From NCBI GenBank assembly GCA_042564205.1, contig JBHPLN010000001.1, positions 142,900-206,899 of the forward strand: DNA of 64,000 nt, given 5' to 3'. Under the pieces are notes generated by a model, which was given only the letters and a program-made list of their open reading frames with translations, ran no database searches and was not told where the DNA came from. A program made the translations under genes and the position numbers. Origin of the DNA: Fidelibacterota bacterium (GTDB taxonomy: Bacteria > Fidelibacterota > Marinisomatia > Marinisomatales > JAHJCW01). Position 1 is the stretch's first letter. Each line of letters starts with the position of its first letter. Shown one piece after another: positions 20,348 to 28,941 of this stretch.

Positions 20348-21964
20348 ATGAAAATATTTAAATTAAAAAAACATGTTTTAATCGTGTTCAAGCGATTAAG
20401 TATACCAATCCTAATTTCTCTGGCCTTTGTGATAACGCTTTATTCCCAAAATCGTAATCAATATCGACAGTCCAAAGAAAATCTGCACACACTATCAGAA
20501 ATACTGTACTATTTAAATCAGGATTATTTTGAACCAGTTGATAATGACCAGCTGATGAAAGGCGCCTTTGAAGGCATAATGAACGAGCTGGATCCTCATT
20601 CAATCTATATTCCCGCAGATCAATTGGCTGATATCGATGAGCAGTTCACTGGTAAATTTCAAGGGATTGGAATTGAATTTGATATTTTACATGGATACTT
20701 AACTGTAATTGCACCTGTAGCGGATAGCCCCGCTGAACAGGCCGGTCTCCAGCCGAGCGATAAAATTACTGCCATTAACGGGATTGATGCATTTGAGATC
20801 ACCCGTGAAGAAGTGTTTAAAAAATTGCGGGGGAAAAAGGGCACGCCAGTTGATGTAACTATTCAGCGCATTGGAGAGGAAAAACCTTTTGATGTTACAA
20901 TAATTAGAGATGTTATTCCAATTTACAGTGTTAGAGCAGCTTTTATGATGGATGACTCCACAGGTTACATATGGCTTACAAGATTTTCAGCAACTTCTGA
21001 AAAAGAAGTTCGTAACGCAATCGATTATCTTGAAAATCAAGGTATGCAAAAACTAGTATTCGATTTACGCAACAACAGTGGCGGATTATTAAACCAAGCC
21101 GCTGAAATTGCTAATATGTTTATTACCCAAAAAGACACGATCGTTTACACGAAAGGAAATCGTCCCGAAATGGAACAGGTCTTTATGGCTGATCCATCCA
21201 AAGGGAATTCAGATTATCCACTAATAATCCTGGTTAATCGGGGCTCAGCAAGCGCGAGCGAAATTGTTGCAGGAGCTTTACAGGATTTAGATCGGAGCCT
21301 GATTATTGGCGAAACAACTTTTGGGAAAGGTCTTGTTCAGCGACAGATTACCCTAAGCGATGGGGCTGCCATTCGTGTTACAATTGCACGCTACTATACT
21401 CCCAGCGGAAGACTTATTCAAAGACCTTATGAGAATGGCAATGATCATGATTATTATGAAAATTTAATGTCAGAAAATCGTGAAGAAAATCTGGACTCGT
21501 TAAAAAATAATCGCCCGAAATTCACTACGCGTGATGGTAGAACTGTTTATGGCGGTGGTGGAATTACGCCTGATATTTATATCCCCTGGGAACCCCCATT
21601 AAGTGCTGCATCACAGAGAATTCTGACCCACGCCAAACGCCCAGCTTTTAATTGGGCTTCTACATTCAGTATTGAGAATAAACAGCTATTCGAATCTTTC
21701 CAATATTTTGAATCTAATTGGAAAATGACAGAAAAAGATTTTAATAATTTTTTAGGCTTTTTAGAAAATGAAGAGATCGAATTTGATTCCTCAGCCGTAA
21801 TAGCAGATAAGGAATATATTTTAAATTATTTGAAATCGCAGGTTGCTGGATCTCTCTGGGGCAGAAATGAGGCATTTAAAATTAGATTGAAAGATGATAA
21901 TCAGGTGGTGGAGTCATTAAAACATTTTGAAGAAGCTGATGACTTCATTAAACAATTACCGTAA
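20348..21964 (+). CDS. S41 family C-terminal processing peptidase (Ctp/Prc-like) with PDZ domain
   Basis: 538 aa. N-terminal TM/signal segment, PDZ (GIGIEF...AEQAGLQPSDKITAING), catalytic block RGSASASEIVAGALQD and TFGKG. Confidence 0.9.
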   Translation: MKIFKLKKHVLIVFKRLSIPILISLAFVITLYSQNRNQYRQSKENLHTLSEILYYLNQDYFEPVDNDQLMKGAFEGIMNELDPHSIYIPADQLADIDEQFTGKFQGIGIEFDILHGYLTVIAPVADSPAEQAGLQPSDKITAINGIDAFEITREEVFKKLRGKKGTPVDVTIQRIGEEKPFDVTIIRDVIPIYSVRAAFMMDDSTGYIWLTRFSATSEKEVRNAIDYLENQGMQKLVFDLRNNSGGLLNQAAEIANMFITQKDTIVYTKGNRPEMEQVFMADPSKGNSDYPLIILVNRGSASASEIVAGALQDLDRSLIIGETTFGKGLVQRQITLSDGAAIRVTIARYYTPSGRLIQRPYENGNDHDYYENLMSENREENLDSLKNNRPKFTTRDGRTVYGGGGITPDIYIPWEPPLSAASQRILTHAKRPAFNWASTFSIENKQLFESFQYFESNWKMTEKDFNNFLGFLENEEIEFDSSAVIADKEYILNYLKSQVAGSLWGRNEAFKIRLKDDNQVVESLKHFEEADDFIKQLP

Positions 21965-22044
21965 ATTATTGTTAAAGCGTTATTGACATTTCTTACTGGA
22001 TGTAATAATTTTTCGGACTCTTTTCTTAAATACTGGAGGATTAA

Positions 22045-22662
22045 ATGGTAGAGTACTTCGTAGATGGCGGCCCCTTCATGTGGCCAATCCTTTTTCTACT
22101 CTTATTTGGTATTGCATTTTCATTCGAGCGATTTTACTCTTTGATGATGTCTTCAATTAATTCAAAGAAATTCTTCGAAGAAATTGCAACTTCACTCAAG
22201 GATGGCGGTGTCGACGGTGCAATCGAAATTTGTAATAATACACGTGGGCCCGTAGCTGAGGTATTTCATGCAGGTCTAACACGATATCATCGCGGACTGG
22301 AAGAAGTGGAAAAAGCAATTCAAAATTCCGGCAGTGTTGAAATGGCATTTCTTGAAAAAAATATGATTTGGTTAAATGCCGTCGTAACCATTGCTCCTAT
22401 GCTTGGTTTCACCGGAACGGTTGCTGGAATGATCAAGGCTTTTGATTCCATTGAAGCCGCCAACAATATTTCTCCTGCCGTTGTAGCCGGAGGTATTTCT
22501 CAAGCCCTGCTAACAACCGCTTTCGGTTTAATTGTTGCAATGATCATTCAAATTTTTCAGAACTTCTTCGTTTCACGTATTGATCGATTAGTTCTGGACA
22601 TGGAAGAACAGTCCGTACAACTGATTGATAGCCTTTATGAAATCGAAGCAAAAAAGAAATAA
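22045..22662 (+). CDS. exbB: MotA/TolQ/ExbB proton channel protein
   Basis: 205 aa with three TM segments and the conserved ApMLGFtGTV block. GGAGG SD upstream. Confidence 0.88.
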   Translation: MVEYFVDGGPFMWPILFLLLFGIAFSFERFYSLMMSSINSKKFFEEIATSLKDGGVDGAIEICNNTRGPVAEVFHAGLTRYHRGLEEVEKAIQNSGSVEMAFLEKNMIWLNAVVTIAPMLGFTGTVAGMIKAFDSIEAANNISPAVVAGGISQALLTTAFGLIVAMIIQIFQNFFVSRIDRLVLDMEEQSVQLIDSLYEIEAKKK

Positions 22663-22672
22663 AATAAGATAA

Positions 22673-23071
22673 ATGACTAAGAAAAAACGTCGTTTTAAAG
22701 GTGGCGAAATACCCACCTCATCAATGGCTGATATAGCATTTCTATTATTGATTTTCTTTCTAGTCACCACAACAATTGATATTGATAAGGGCTTAGGCAT
22801 TGTATTGCCCGCCGAAGGCCAGGAATTGGAAATCCGTAAAGAGAATATCCTGAATTGCTTAATTAATTCAATGGGTCAGGTTTTACTCGGCGGTGAGCCG
22901 GTTAAAACAGAAGATGTAAATCGTGTCGTTCGTGAAAAGATCGCTGCCAACGATCGGTTAATCATCTCTGTTAAAACCAATAAAAAAACTAAATATAAAG
23001 ATTATATTGCTGTGATTGACCAGTTAAAAATGGCAAATGCTACACGTATTTCAATTGCGGAGACAGAATAA
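22673..23071 (+). CDS. exbD: ExbD/TolR family protein 1
   Basis: 132 aa. N-terminal IPTSSMADIAFLLLIFFLVTT anchor typical of ExbD/TolR. Confidence 0.88.
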   Translation: MTKKKRRFKGGEIPTSSMADIAFLLLIFFLVTTTIDIDKGLGIVLPAEGQELEIRKENILNCLINSMGQVLLGGEPVKTEDVNRVVREKIAANDRLIISVKTNKKTKYKDYIAVIDQLKMANATRISIAETE

Positions 23072-23481
23072 TGAAAATTATCCGTAAAACCAAACTGTCT
23101 AGTGAGATTCCAACTGCTTCTATGCCCGATATTATCTTTATGTTGTTGGTGTTTTTCATGGTCTCAACAGTATTGCGGGAGTATACTGGTTTACCGGTCA
23201 ACCTTCCAAAAGCTCGACGTATTGAAAAACTGCAGTCAAAACAGCACACCGCACACATGTGGGTATCTAAAGAAGGAATCATTTCAATTGAAGACAAGCT
23301 GTACCGAACTGAGGCTATCCGTAATGTTATGTACGAGCGTCGAATTCAGGATCCTCAAGTTACCGTTTCACTCAAATCGGATGAGGAGGCAAGAATGGAA
23401 ATAATTTCTGAAGTCCACAATGAGCTCCGAAAAGCCGATGCTCTTCAATTAAATTATTCTACATTAATGGCAGTGAATTAA
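23071..23481 (+). CDS. exbD: ExbD/TolR family protein 2
   Basis: 136 aa. IPTASMPDIIFMLLVFFMVST anchor. TAATG overlap with the preceding exbD paralog. Confidence 0.88.
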   Translation: MKIIRKTKLSSEIPTASMPDIIFMLLVFFMVSTVLREYTGLPVNLPKARRIEKLQSKQHTAHMWVSKEGIISIEDKLYRTEAIRNVMYERRIQDPQVTVSLKSDEEARMEIISEVHNELRKADALQLNYSTLMAVN

Positions 23482-23483
23482 TT

Positions 23484-24107
23484 ATGGCAGAAGCACACAC
23501 ATCTCTATTAAAAAATCAATACCCCATTACCGTACGGATTATGGGACTCGTTGCAACTTTACTCGTTGTAGCAATGTTTCTTGTATTTCCTCGTTTTCTT
23601 ACTATTTTAGAATTTGAAAACGTGGCCGAGATTCTGATTGAACAAATTGATATTCCGCTGACGCAACAATTGGACCAATCTGCGCCCCCAGCACGACCAT
23701 CAATGCCGGTTGAATCAGAGAGTGAAGATATAGCAGATGACCTTACCATCGAAGAAACGGAACTGGGAAGTTTTGAGGCGTGGGATGCACCACCACCACC
23801 ACCATCAGGCCCCCAAGTGAGATTTATACCATATGATGATCCACCTCAGCCGCTATCTCCAATAGATCCAGACTATCCTGAAATTGCACAGGAAGCTGGA
23901 ATTGAAGGCACTGTCATTATTCAAGCTTTTATTGACGATCGCGGTCGTGTCCAAGAAACAATTGTATTAAAGGGCGTACCTAACACTGGCCTCGATGAAG
24001 CCGCAGCCGAAGCAATTCGAAGAACTCGTTTCAAGCCTGCAAAACAACGTGAACGTCCGGTTGGTGTTTGGATTTCTATACCTGTACATTTTACATTGCG
24101 CAATTAA
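23484..24107 (+). CDS. tonB: TonB family energy transducer
   Basis: 207 aa. N-terminal TM anchor, Pro-rich linker (PPPPPPSGP) and C-terminal TonB_C block YPEIAQEAGIEGTVIIQAFIDDRGRV. Confidence 0.88.
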   Translation: MAEAHTSLLKNQYPITVRIMGLVATLLVVAMFLVFPRFLTILEFENVAEILIEQIDIPLTQQLDQSAPPARPSMPVESESEDIADDLTIEETELGSFEAWDAPPPPPSGPQVRFIPYDDPPQPLSPIDPDYPEIAQEAGIEGTVIIQAFIDDRGRVQETIVLKGVPNTGLDEAAAEAIRRTRFKPAKQRERPVGVWISIPVHFTLRN

Positions 24108-24123
24108 AGTAAATAAATTCAAG

Positions 24124-24162
24124 AAAAAAGCCTCTGTTATTAGCAGGGGCTTTTTATTTTTT
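24124..24162. terminator. Bidirectional Rho-independent terminator between tonB and the convergent membrane-protein gene
   Basis: A-run 24124-24129. A 7-bp stem GCCTCTG (24130-24136) pairs with CAGGGGC (24144-24150, one G-U pair), with a 7-nt loop. A T-run starts at 24151. Confidence 0.75.
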
Positions 24163-24177
24163 GCAACAGGTTATATT

Positions 24178-24567
24178 TCAATCAAATTTGTTTAGTCTCT
24201 GGCTGGCTATTATACTCGTAACCAGAAGCAGTGTCATTCCAAATAAGATCCAAGTTAAACCACCTGTCTGTAAATCATCAATATTAATATATACAACAAT
24301 TAATAATAGAACCAGCAGTGCCTGTGGAATTGCCCTATTTATGCGGGTGCCTAATCGTGTTTTCTGCACAAAAACCATGAGGATTATCCCCAAAAAACCA
24401 AAGCCAGTTCCATATAATATTAAATTTGAATCAATGTGCTTAATGCCAAAACCGAACCCAAAGAGACTGCGGATTCCAATAATTATTAATGTCATTCCAA
24501 TTAAAAAAATTGGAATCCAGGTCAAATTGTGAAGCGCTTTTGGATTATTAAAATCTGAAGCACGCAT
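24178..24567 (-). CDS. Hypothetical small integral membrane protein (about 4 TM)
   Basis: 129 aa with four clear hydrophobic helices. Begins 14 nt downstream of the sdhB/frdB stop on the same strand. No recognisable family motif. Confidence 0.6.
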   Translation of the reverse strand: MRASDFNNPKALHNLTWIPIFLIGMTLIIIGIRSLFGFGFGIKHIDSNLILYGTGFGFLGIILMVFVQKTRLGTRINRAIPQALLVLLLIVVYINIDDLQTGGLTWILFGMTLLLVTSIIASQRLNKFD

Positions 24568-24581
24568 TACAATGAGCTAGT

Positions 24582-25316
24582 TTATTTTGTCTTGCCTTTC
24601 AATAAAGTGCCAGACATTTTACGCCTTATATACGCAAATATTTCAAGTAGCGGTAAATCTTTGGGGCACACATCATCACAGGCCATCATACCGATACAAC
24701 CAAAAACGCCATCATCAGTAGACACTAGTTCAAACCACTCATCGTCACTGCGCTTATCCCTGGGGTCGATTAAAAATCGCCCAATACGATTCAATCCTGC
24801 GGCTCCTAAGAAGTCTGGATTAACCTGTGCCGTTGCGCAACCAGCAAGACAGCAGCCGCATTCTATACAGCGCTCTGAATCATAAATCTTATTTGCGGTA
24901 GCATTGTCCATGCGTTCTTCTTCAGCGGTTGAATCGAATTCCTTATCGGTATGAATCCAAGATTCCAATTGCTCTCCCAACTGTCTAAACCATACTCCCG
25001 TATCAACTGATAGGTCACCAAGCAATTTGAAGAAAGGCATTGGAAACAATTCAATCGTCTCTGGTAAATCTGATGTTAGTGTCCGGCAACCCAGAGTTGG
25101 GCGGCCATTTATCATCATTCCGCAGGAACCGCAAATACCGGCCCGGCACACAAAATCAAACATTAAATCTGGTGCTTGCTGCTCTCTAATAATATTTAAA
25201 GCTGTAAAAATATTAAGTCGTGGCGTCTCTTCCAGCTGGTATGCTTCTATATGTGGCTGATCGTTATCTTTTGTTGGATTATACCGAAAAATTTTAAATG
25301 TCAGTGTCCGTCCCAT
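24582..25316 (-). CDS. sdhB: Succinate dehydrogenase / fumarate reductase iron-sulfur subunit
   Basis: 244 aa. Three Cys clusters: CRAGICGSCGMMINGRP (2Fe-2S), CIECGCCLAGC (4Fe-4S), CIGMMACDDVCPK (3Fe-4S). Confidence 0.93.
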   Translation of the reverse strand: MGRTLTFKIFRYNPTKDNDQPHIEAYQLEETPRLNIFTALNIIREQQAPDLMFDFVCRAGICGSCGMMINGRPTLGCRTLTSDLPETIELFPMPFFKLLGDLSVDTGVWFRQLGEQLESWIHTDKEFDSTAEEERMDNATANKIYDSERCIECGCCLAGCATAQVNPDFLGAAGLNRIGRFLIDPRDKRSDDEWFELVSTDDGVFGCIGMMACDDVCPKDLPLLEIFAYIRRKMSGTLLKGKTK

Positions 25317-27259
25317 TATTTACCCTCCTTCATTTCGTCGCGCCAGGCTTCTTTTGGTAATTTTGACCCCATTGGTTCCGACGTTTTCAAACGACCATGT
25401 TCAATTTGTTCAGTATCAACTTTGTTGTTGTATTCCGCTAATGAAGTTGTCATATCAATTTGTTGTCCGCCACCATAGCCCCTATCTCCCGGCGGAAGAT
25501 CTAAAAGGCCGACAGGCTCATAACTGAAAACCGGATCACCTTCCGGCTCAGGCCAGCGAACCAGGGTTCTGTTCAGCCAATTGGCATCATCCCGCGCGGG
25601 ATAATCTTCGCGAGAATGCGCTCCGCGCGATTCTGTACGTAATTGAGCGCCCTTAGCAATTACAAACGCCTGTTTAGCCATTCCTTCAATACGTAAAGCT
25701 ATCGATAGTTCTGGATTCATTCCAGGCGCTGAGGTTCGGACTTTAACATCTTTAACTCTTTTAACGATTTTTTCTAATCCGTTCACAGCTTTCTCAAGTC
25801 CTTCTCCAGTTCGGAAAATGTGTACATACGTTTTTAATAAATCAGCAACTTCATCGCGAATTGTGTAAACATTTTCATTGCCTGTATTATTCATCAAAAG
25901 TTCAATCTTGGATAATTCCTTTTCAGCAAATTCGTCCGCGAGGGAAAAGTCTGCGATCAGCTGCGTTTGTTTTGCATATTTTGCGATCTCTTTTCCAATG
26001 ACCATTCCTGCAACGACTGTTTCAGCTAAAGAATTACCGCCTAGGCGATTGAATCCGTGCATATCCCAACAGGACACTTCACCGAGGGCAAACAAACCCT
26101 CCATATTATATGCCTGTCCGTCTTTGTTCACTCGAATCCCGCCCATAGAATAGTGCTGTGTTGGGCGAACCGGAACTAATTCTGTTATGGGATTAACACC
26201 GATGAAATACATACAGATATCATAGACTTCGCGAAGCTTTGTTGTTAGGTGCTTTTCGCCTAAATGTCTCAAATCAAGCCAAAGATGCTCACCATACGGC
26301 GATTGAACGCCCTTGCCCTTTAGCATGTGTTCTTTCATACGTCGTGAAACCACGTCACGCGACGCAAGCTCCTGTTTATCTGGCTCATAATCCGGCATAA
26401 AGCGGTATTCATCTACATCCAGGAGTAAGCCTCCATCACCGCGGCAACCTTCTGTAACTAAAATATCAGTTGGAACAATTCCGGTTGGATGTACCTGTAC
26501 AGCTTCCATGTTGCCCAAAGGAATAACGCCAGTCTCAAATGCCAGCCAGGATCCTGTACCTTCATTAATTACAGCATTAGTTGATTCGCCATAAAGTCGA
26601 CCATATCCACCGGTGGCAATGACAGTTGCTTTGGCCATATAGGCTAAAATTTCGCCATCTCGGAGGGATCGAACAATCGTACCTACACATTTTCCATCCT
26701 TGTGAATCAATCGGATGGCTTCCATGCGATCATGTACGGTTATTCCTAATTGCATAACCATATTATCCATTGTGTAAAGGACCGTATGCCCGGTGCCATC
26801 GGCAGTATAGCAGGTACGCCACTTTGCAGTTCCGCCAAATGCGCGCGCTGTAATTAGTCCTTCATTAGCGCGATCTTCAATTATTTCAGTTTTCTTGCCT
26901 TTAATAAATACATTTTGCGGTCCGCCCTCCACGCGATTCCACGGAACGCCAAAATGCGCCATTTCGCGCATGGCAATTGGTGCGTTATCCGAAAATATGC
27001 GTGCGACTTCCTGATCGCATCCCCAGTCTGAGCCTTTAACGGTGTCCAACCAATGTATGGTCGAACTATCGCCCTTGCCCATAACCAGATTGCCTAAAGC
27101 GGCCTGCATACCGCCTTGTGCGGCGGCGGAGTGGCTGCGGCGCGGCGGTACCAACGATAGGATTGTAACGTCTAAACCTTCTGTTGCGCTGGCAATGGCA
27201 GCTCTTTCACCGGCAAGTCCAGCCCCAATAACCAGTACATCACTTGTTAAAATTCTCAT
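25316..27259 (-). CDS. sdhA: Succinate dehydrogenase / fumarate reductase flavoprotein subunit
   Basis: Track ORF extends to 27328. The likely start is ATG 27257-27259 (MRILTSDVLVIGAGLAGERAA), forming an ATGA overlap with the cytochrome b gene stop. FAD-binding GxGxxG, the covalent-FAD His context RSHSAAAQGG, and HPTG and RGAHSRED blocks are present. Confidence 0.95.
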   Translation of the reverse strand: MRILTSDVLVIGAGLAGERAAIASATEGLDVTILSLVPPRRSHSAAAQGGMQAALGNLVMGKGDSSTIHWLDTVKGSDWGCDQEVARIFSDNAPIAMREMAHFGVPWNRVEGGPQNVFIKGKKTEIIEDRANEGLITARAFGGTAKWRTCYTADGTGHTVLYTMDNMVMQLGITVHDRMEAIRLIHKDGKCVGTIVRSLRDGEILAYMAKATVIATGGYGRLYGESTNAVINEGTGSWLAFETGVIPLGNMEAVQVHPTGIVPTDILVTEGCRGDGGLLLDVDEYRFMPDYEPDKQELASRDVVSRRMKEHMLKGKGVQSPYGEHLWLDLRHLGEKHLTTKLREVYDICMYFIGVNPITELVPVRPTQHYSMGGIRVNKDGQAYNMEGLFALGEVSCWDMHGFNRLGGNSLAETVVAGMVIGKEIAKYAKQTQLIADFSLADEFAEKELSKIELLMNNTGNENVYTIRDEVADLLKTYVHIFRTGEGLEKAVNGLEKIVKRVKDVKVRTSAPGMNPELSIALRIEGMAKQAFVIAKGAQLRTESRGAHSREDYPARDDANWLNRTLVRWPEPEGDPVFSYEPVGLLDLPPGDRGYGGGQQIDMTTSLAEYNNKVDTEQIEHGRLKTSEPMGSKLPKEAWRDEMKEGK

Positions 27260-28044
27260 GACAGCACTCCTTCCAGGGGTCCTGCTAATCCCAATACTGT
27301 TGCGCTTCCCAGAATGATGAAAAACCATAGTAAGAAATGAAATATTATGCGTGCATATTTACGCACAAACCAGGTGTCCGCAAACCATTTGACTAATAAT
27401 CGATAAACACCAATTGCCATGTGCATCACCACCGCAAACATTAATACCGCATACAAAATCCATAGCCCGCTCTCAACGCGACCCGTCGATACATCGGCTG
27501 TTATTCCCGTGGACTGCATATCGACACCCATATCAGTAAATATATTCCAGGCAACTAAAACTAAATGAAAGGCACCGGTGGCTAGAACGATCATCGCAGT
27601 CCTAACTTGCCATATCCATAACGAGGTTTCAGAATGTTTGCGAAGACGAATATCCGATTTTTGATCCTGATTCCAGAGTTTCTTTGATTTTTTAATTTTC
27701 AATCCTAACTCCAGCATTCGTTTTCGTTCCTTCAGCTTACCTGGAATCTTCCTGCTGGCCCACACAAAGTGGATGAAGAAAATAATAGTTACGAATACCA
27801 CCGCGATTTGCGCCAGTGGTAGTGGGCGCTCTAGCAGGACAGCCATACTTTCGTAGGCTTCTCTACCAATCAAAATGGAACTTTCAAAAATTAAATGGAA
27901 CCATATAAATACTGCCAAAATAGCCCCTGTAAGGCCGCTGACCCATTCTTGAATTAGGGCTTGCCTGGCTATTTGAAACGCTCTGCTTTTTCTATCATGG
28001 CGGGATTTTACACTGGGGTAAAGCTCAGTATTAACTTTGGGCAT
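27256..28044 (-). CDS. sdhC: Succinate:quinone oxidoreductase dihaem cytochrome b subunit (type B, single 5-TM anchor)
   Basis: 262 aa with five TM helices. Four helix-embedded His residues (WFHLIF, FFIHFVW, GAFHLVL, VVMHMAI) match the Wolinella FrdC / Bacillus SdhC-type dihaem ligand pattern. First gene of the sdhCAB order. Confidence 0.8.
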   Translation of the reverse strand: MPKVNTELYPSVKSRHDRKSRAFQIARQALIQEWVSGLTGAILAVFIWFHLIFESSILIGREAYESMAVLLERPLPLAQIAVVFVTIIFFIHFVWASRKIPGKLKERKRMLELGLKIKKSKKLWNQDQKSDIRLRKHSETSLWIWQVRTAMIVLATGAFHLVLVAWNIFTDMGVDMQSTGITADVSTGRVESGLWILYAVLMFAVVMHMAIGVYRLLVKWFADTWFVRKYARIIFHFLLWFFIILGSATVLGLAGPLEGVLS

Positions 28045-28143
28045 GTGTCAACTCTCCAAAAATAAGGTAAATCTTATACGAAAAATTACGATTTTAACCA
28101 GTGGTTATACTATAAAATTCGACTAGGAATTTCTTTAGTTATC

Positions 28144-28180
28144 CAAAAAAAATCCACATTAAATGATGTGGATTTTTTTA
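28144..28180 (-). terminator. Rho-independent terminator downstream of the beta-barrel OMP gene
   Basis: An 8-bp perfect stem ATCCACAT (28152-28159) pairs with ATGTGGAT (28166-28173), with a 6-nt loop. It is flanked by an A-run (28145-28151) and a T-run (28174-28179), so on the minus strand the hairpin is followed by T7. Confidence 0.75.
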
Positions 28181-28203
28181 AGATGTAATTAATTATTTAT
28201 GTG

Positions 28204-28893
28204 CTAAAACGGGCTCCAAAATGAGACTTGAATCGCAAAATCCTTTTTGGAGAATTGTGTATAGTTTAGTTCGATATTTAGAAGTTTCGAGAAATTATAG
28301 ACGACATTAATTTCTCCCGCAATAGGAAGTTCATCTGTAAAGGACCCTTGATTATCGGTGCCTAAGCTTGCCTTATTGCCTTCGGTGTCCACTAATATTT
28401 CGATTTCGTTTGTCCCATAAAAATATGTTTTTAGGACTCCTACTGAGGCTGTGATATCTTTGTTGTTCAATGTAAACCCCAAACCTATGGGAAATTCAAA
28501 CATCTCATAATAATTATGGTATATTATATTACTATTACCCTCTATTCGAGAACTGATTTCACCATCAATGCGATAGTATTGGGTGGCTCCATGTACATAT
28601 AGTGCCGATAGTGTCTGGTGAAGTTTAGCTTTTAAAATTAGCGCACTGGGGCTTTCCATAAAAATTGACTTTTTATTATCATTCAGAAATTTGTATTGGT
28701 TAACACCAATAAACAGCCCTACTCGAGTGCCATATGGACTATAATAACGATATCCTGCCACTCCAGTTCGCGATTGCGTTTTTAAATCACCAATATAGCG
28801 TGCGCTGTGCATCAATTCAAAGCCTGCCATTTCCTGTGAAACTAAAAATCCAGTTAGTAAACAGAAAACTGAGATAATTTTAAATGTTTTCAT
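28204..28893 (-). CDS. Putative outer-membrane beta-barrel protein
   Basis: 229 aa with a signal peptide (MKTFKIISVFCLLTGFLVS). Alternating hydrophobic/polar strands rich in Y/G/N/T and a C-terminal aromatic signature ...VSFWSPF. Confidence 0.6.
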   Translation of the reverse strand: MKTFKIISVFCLLTGFLVSQEMAGFELMHSARYIGDLKTQSRTGVAGYRYYSPYGTRVGLFIGVNQYKFLNDNKKSIFMESPSALILKAKLHQTLSALYVHGATQYYRIDGEISSRIEGNSNIIYHNYYEMFEFPIGLGFTLNNKDITASVGVLKTYFYGTNEIEILVDTEGNKASLGTDNQGSFTDELPIAGEINVVYNFSKLLNIELNYTQFSKKDFAIQVSFWSPF

Positions 28894-28941
28894 AAGTCTC
28901 TATACATTTTTTTTATTTATGGTTTATATGTTTTATCTAGC

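Noticed and set aside
21983-22011. TTGACA-N17-TAATTT as the exbB promoter
   Set aside because: The -35 is perfect but the -10 matches TATAAT at only 3 of 6 positions. The sigma factor preferences of this lineage are unknown, so it is not reported as a feature.
24161-24532. 123-aa plus-strand ORF mirroring the 129-aa minus-strand membrane protein
   Set aside because: The minus-strand product has four clean TM helices and sits in operon register after sdhB. The plus-strand product is Pro/Lys/Ile-rich without structure, and it would start inside the tonB terminator.
27260-27328. N-terminal extensions of track ORFs: sdhA 27260-27328, queA 1761-1835, AKR 39706-39852, MFS 9876-9917 and M28 45376-45423
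   Set aside because: In each case homology begins at an internal ATG. That ATG also gives a short overlap or a sensible spacing with the upstream gene, while the extension would overlap the neighbouring gene substantially.
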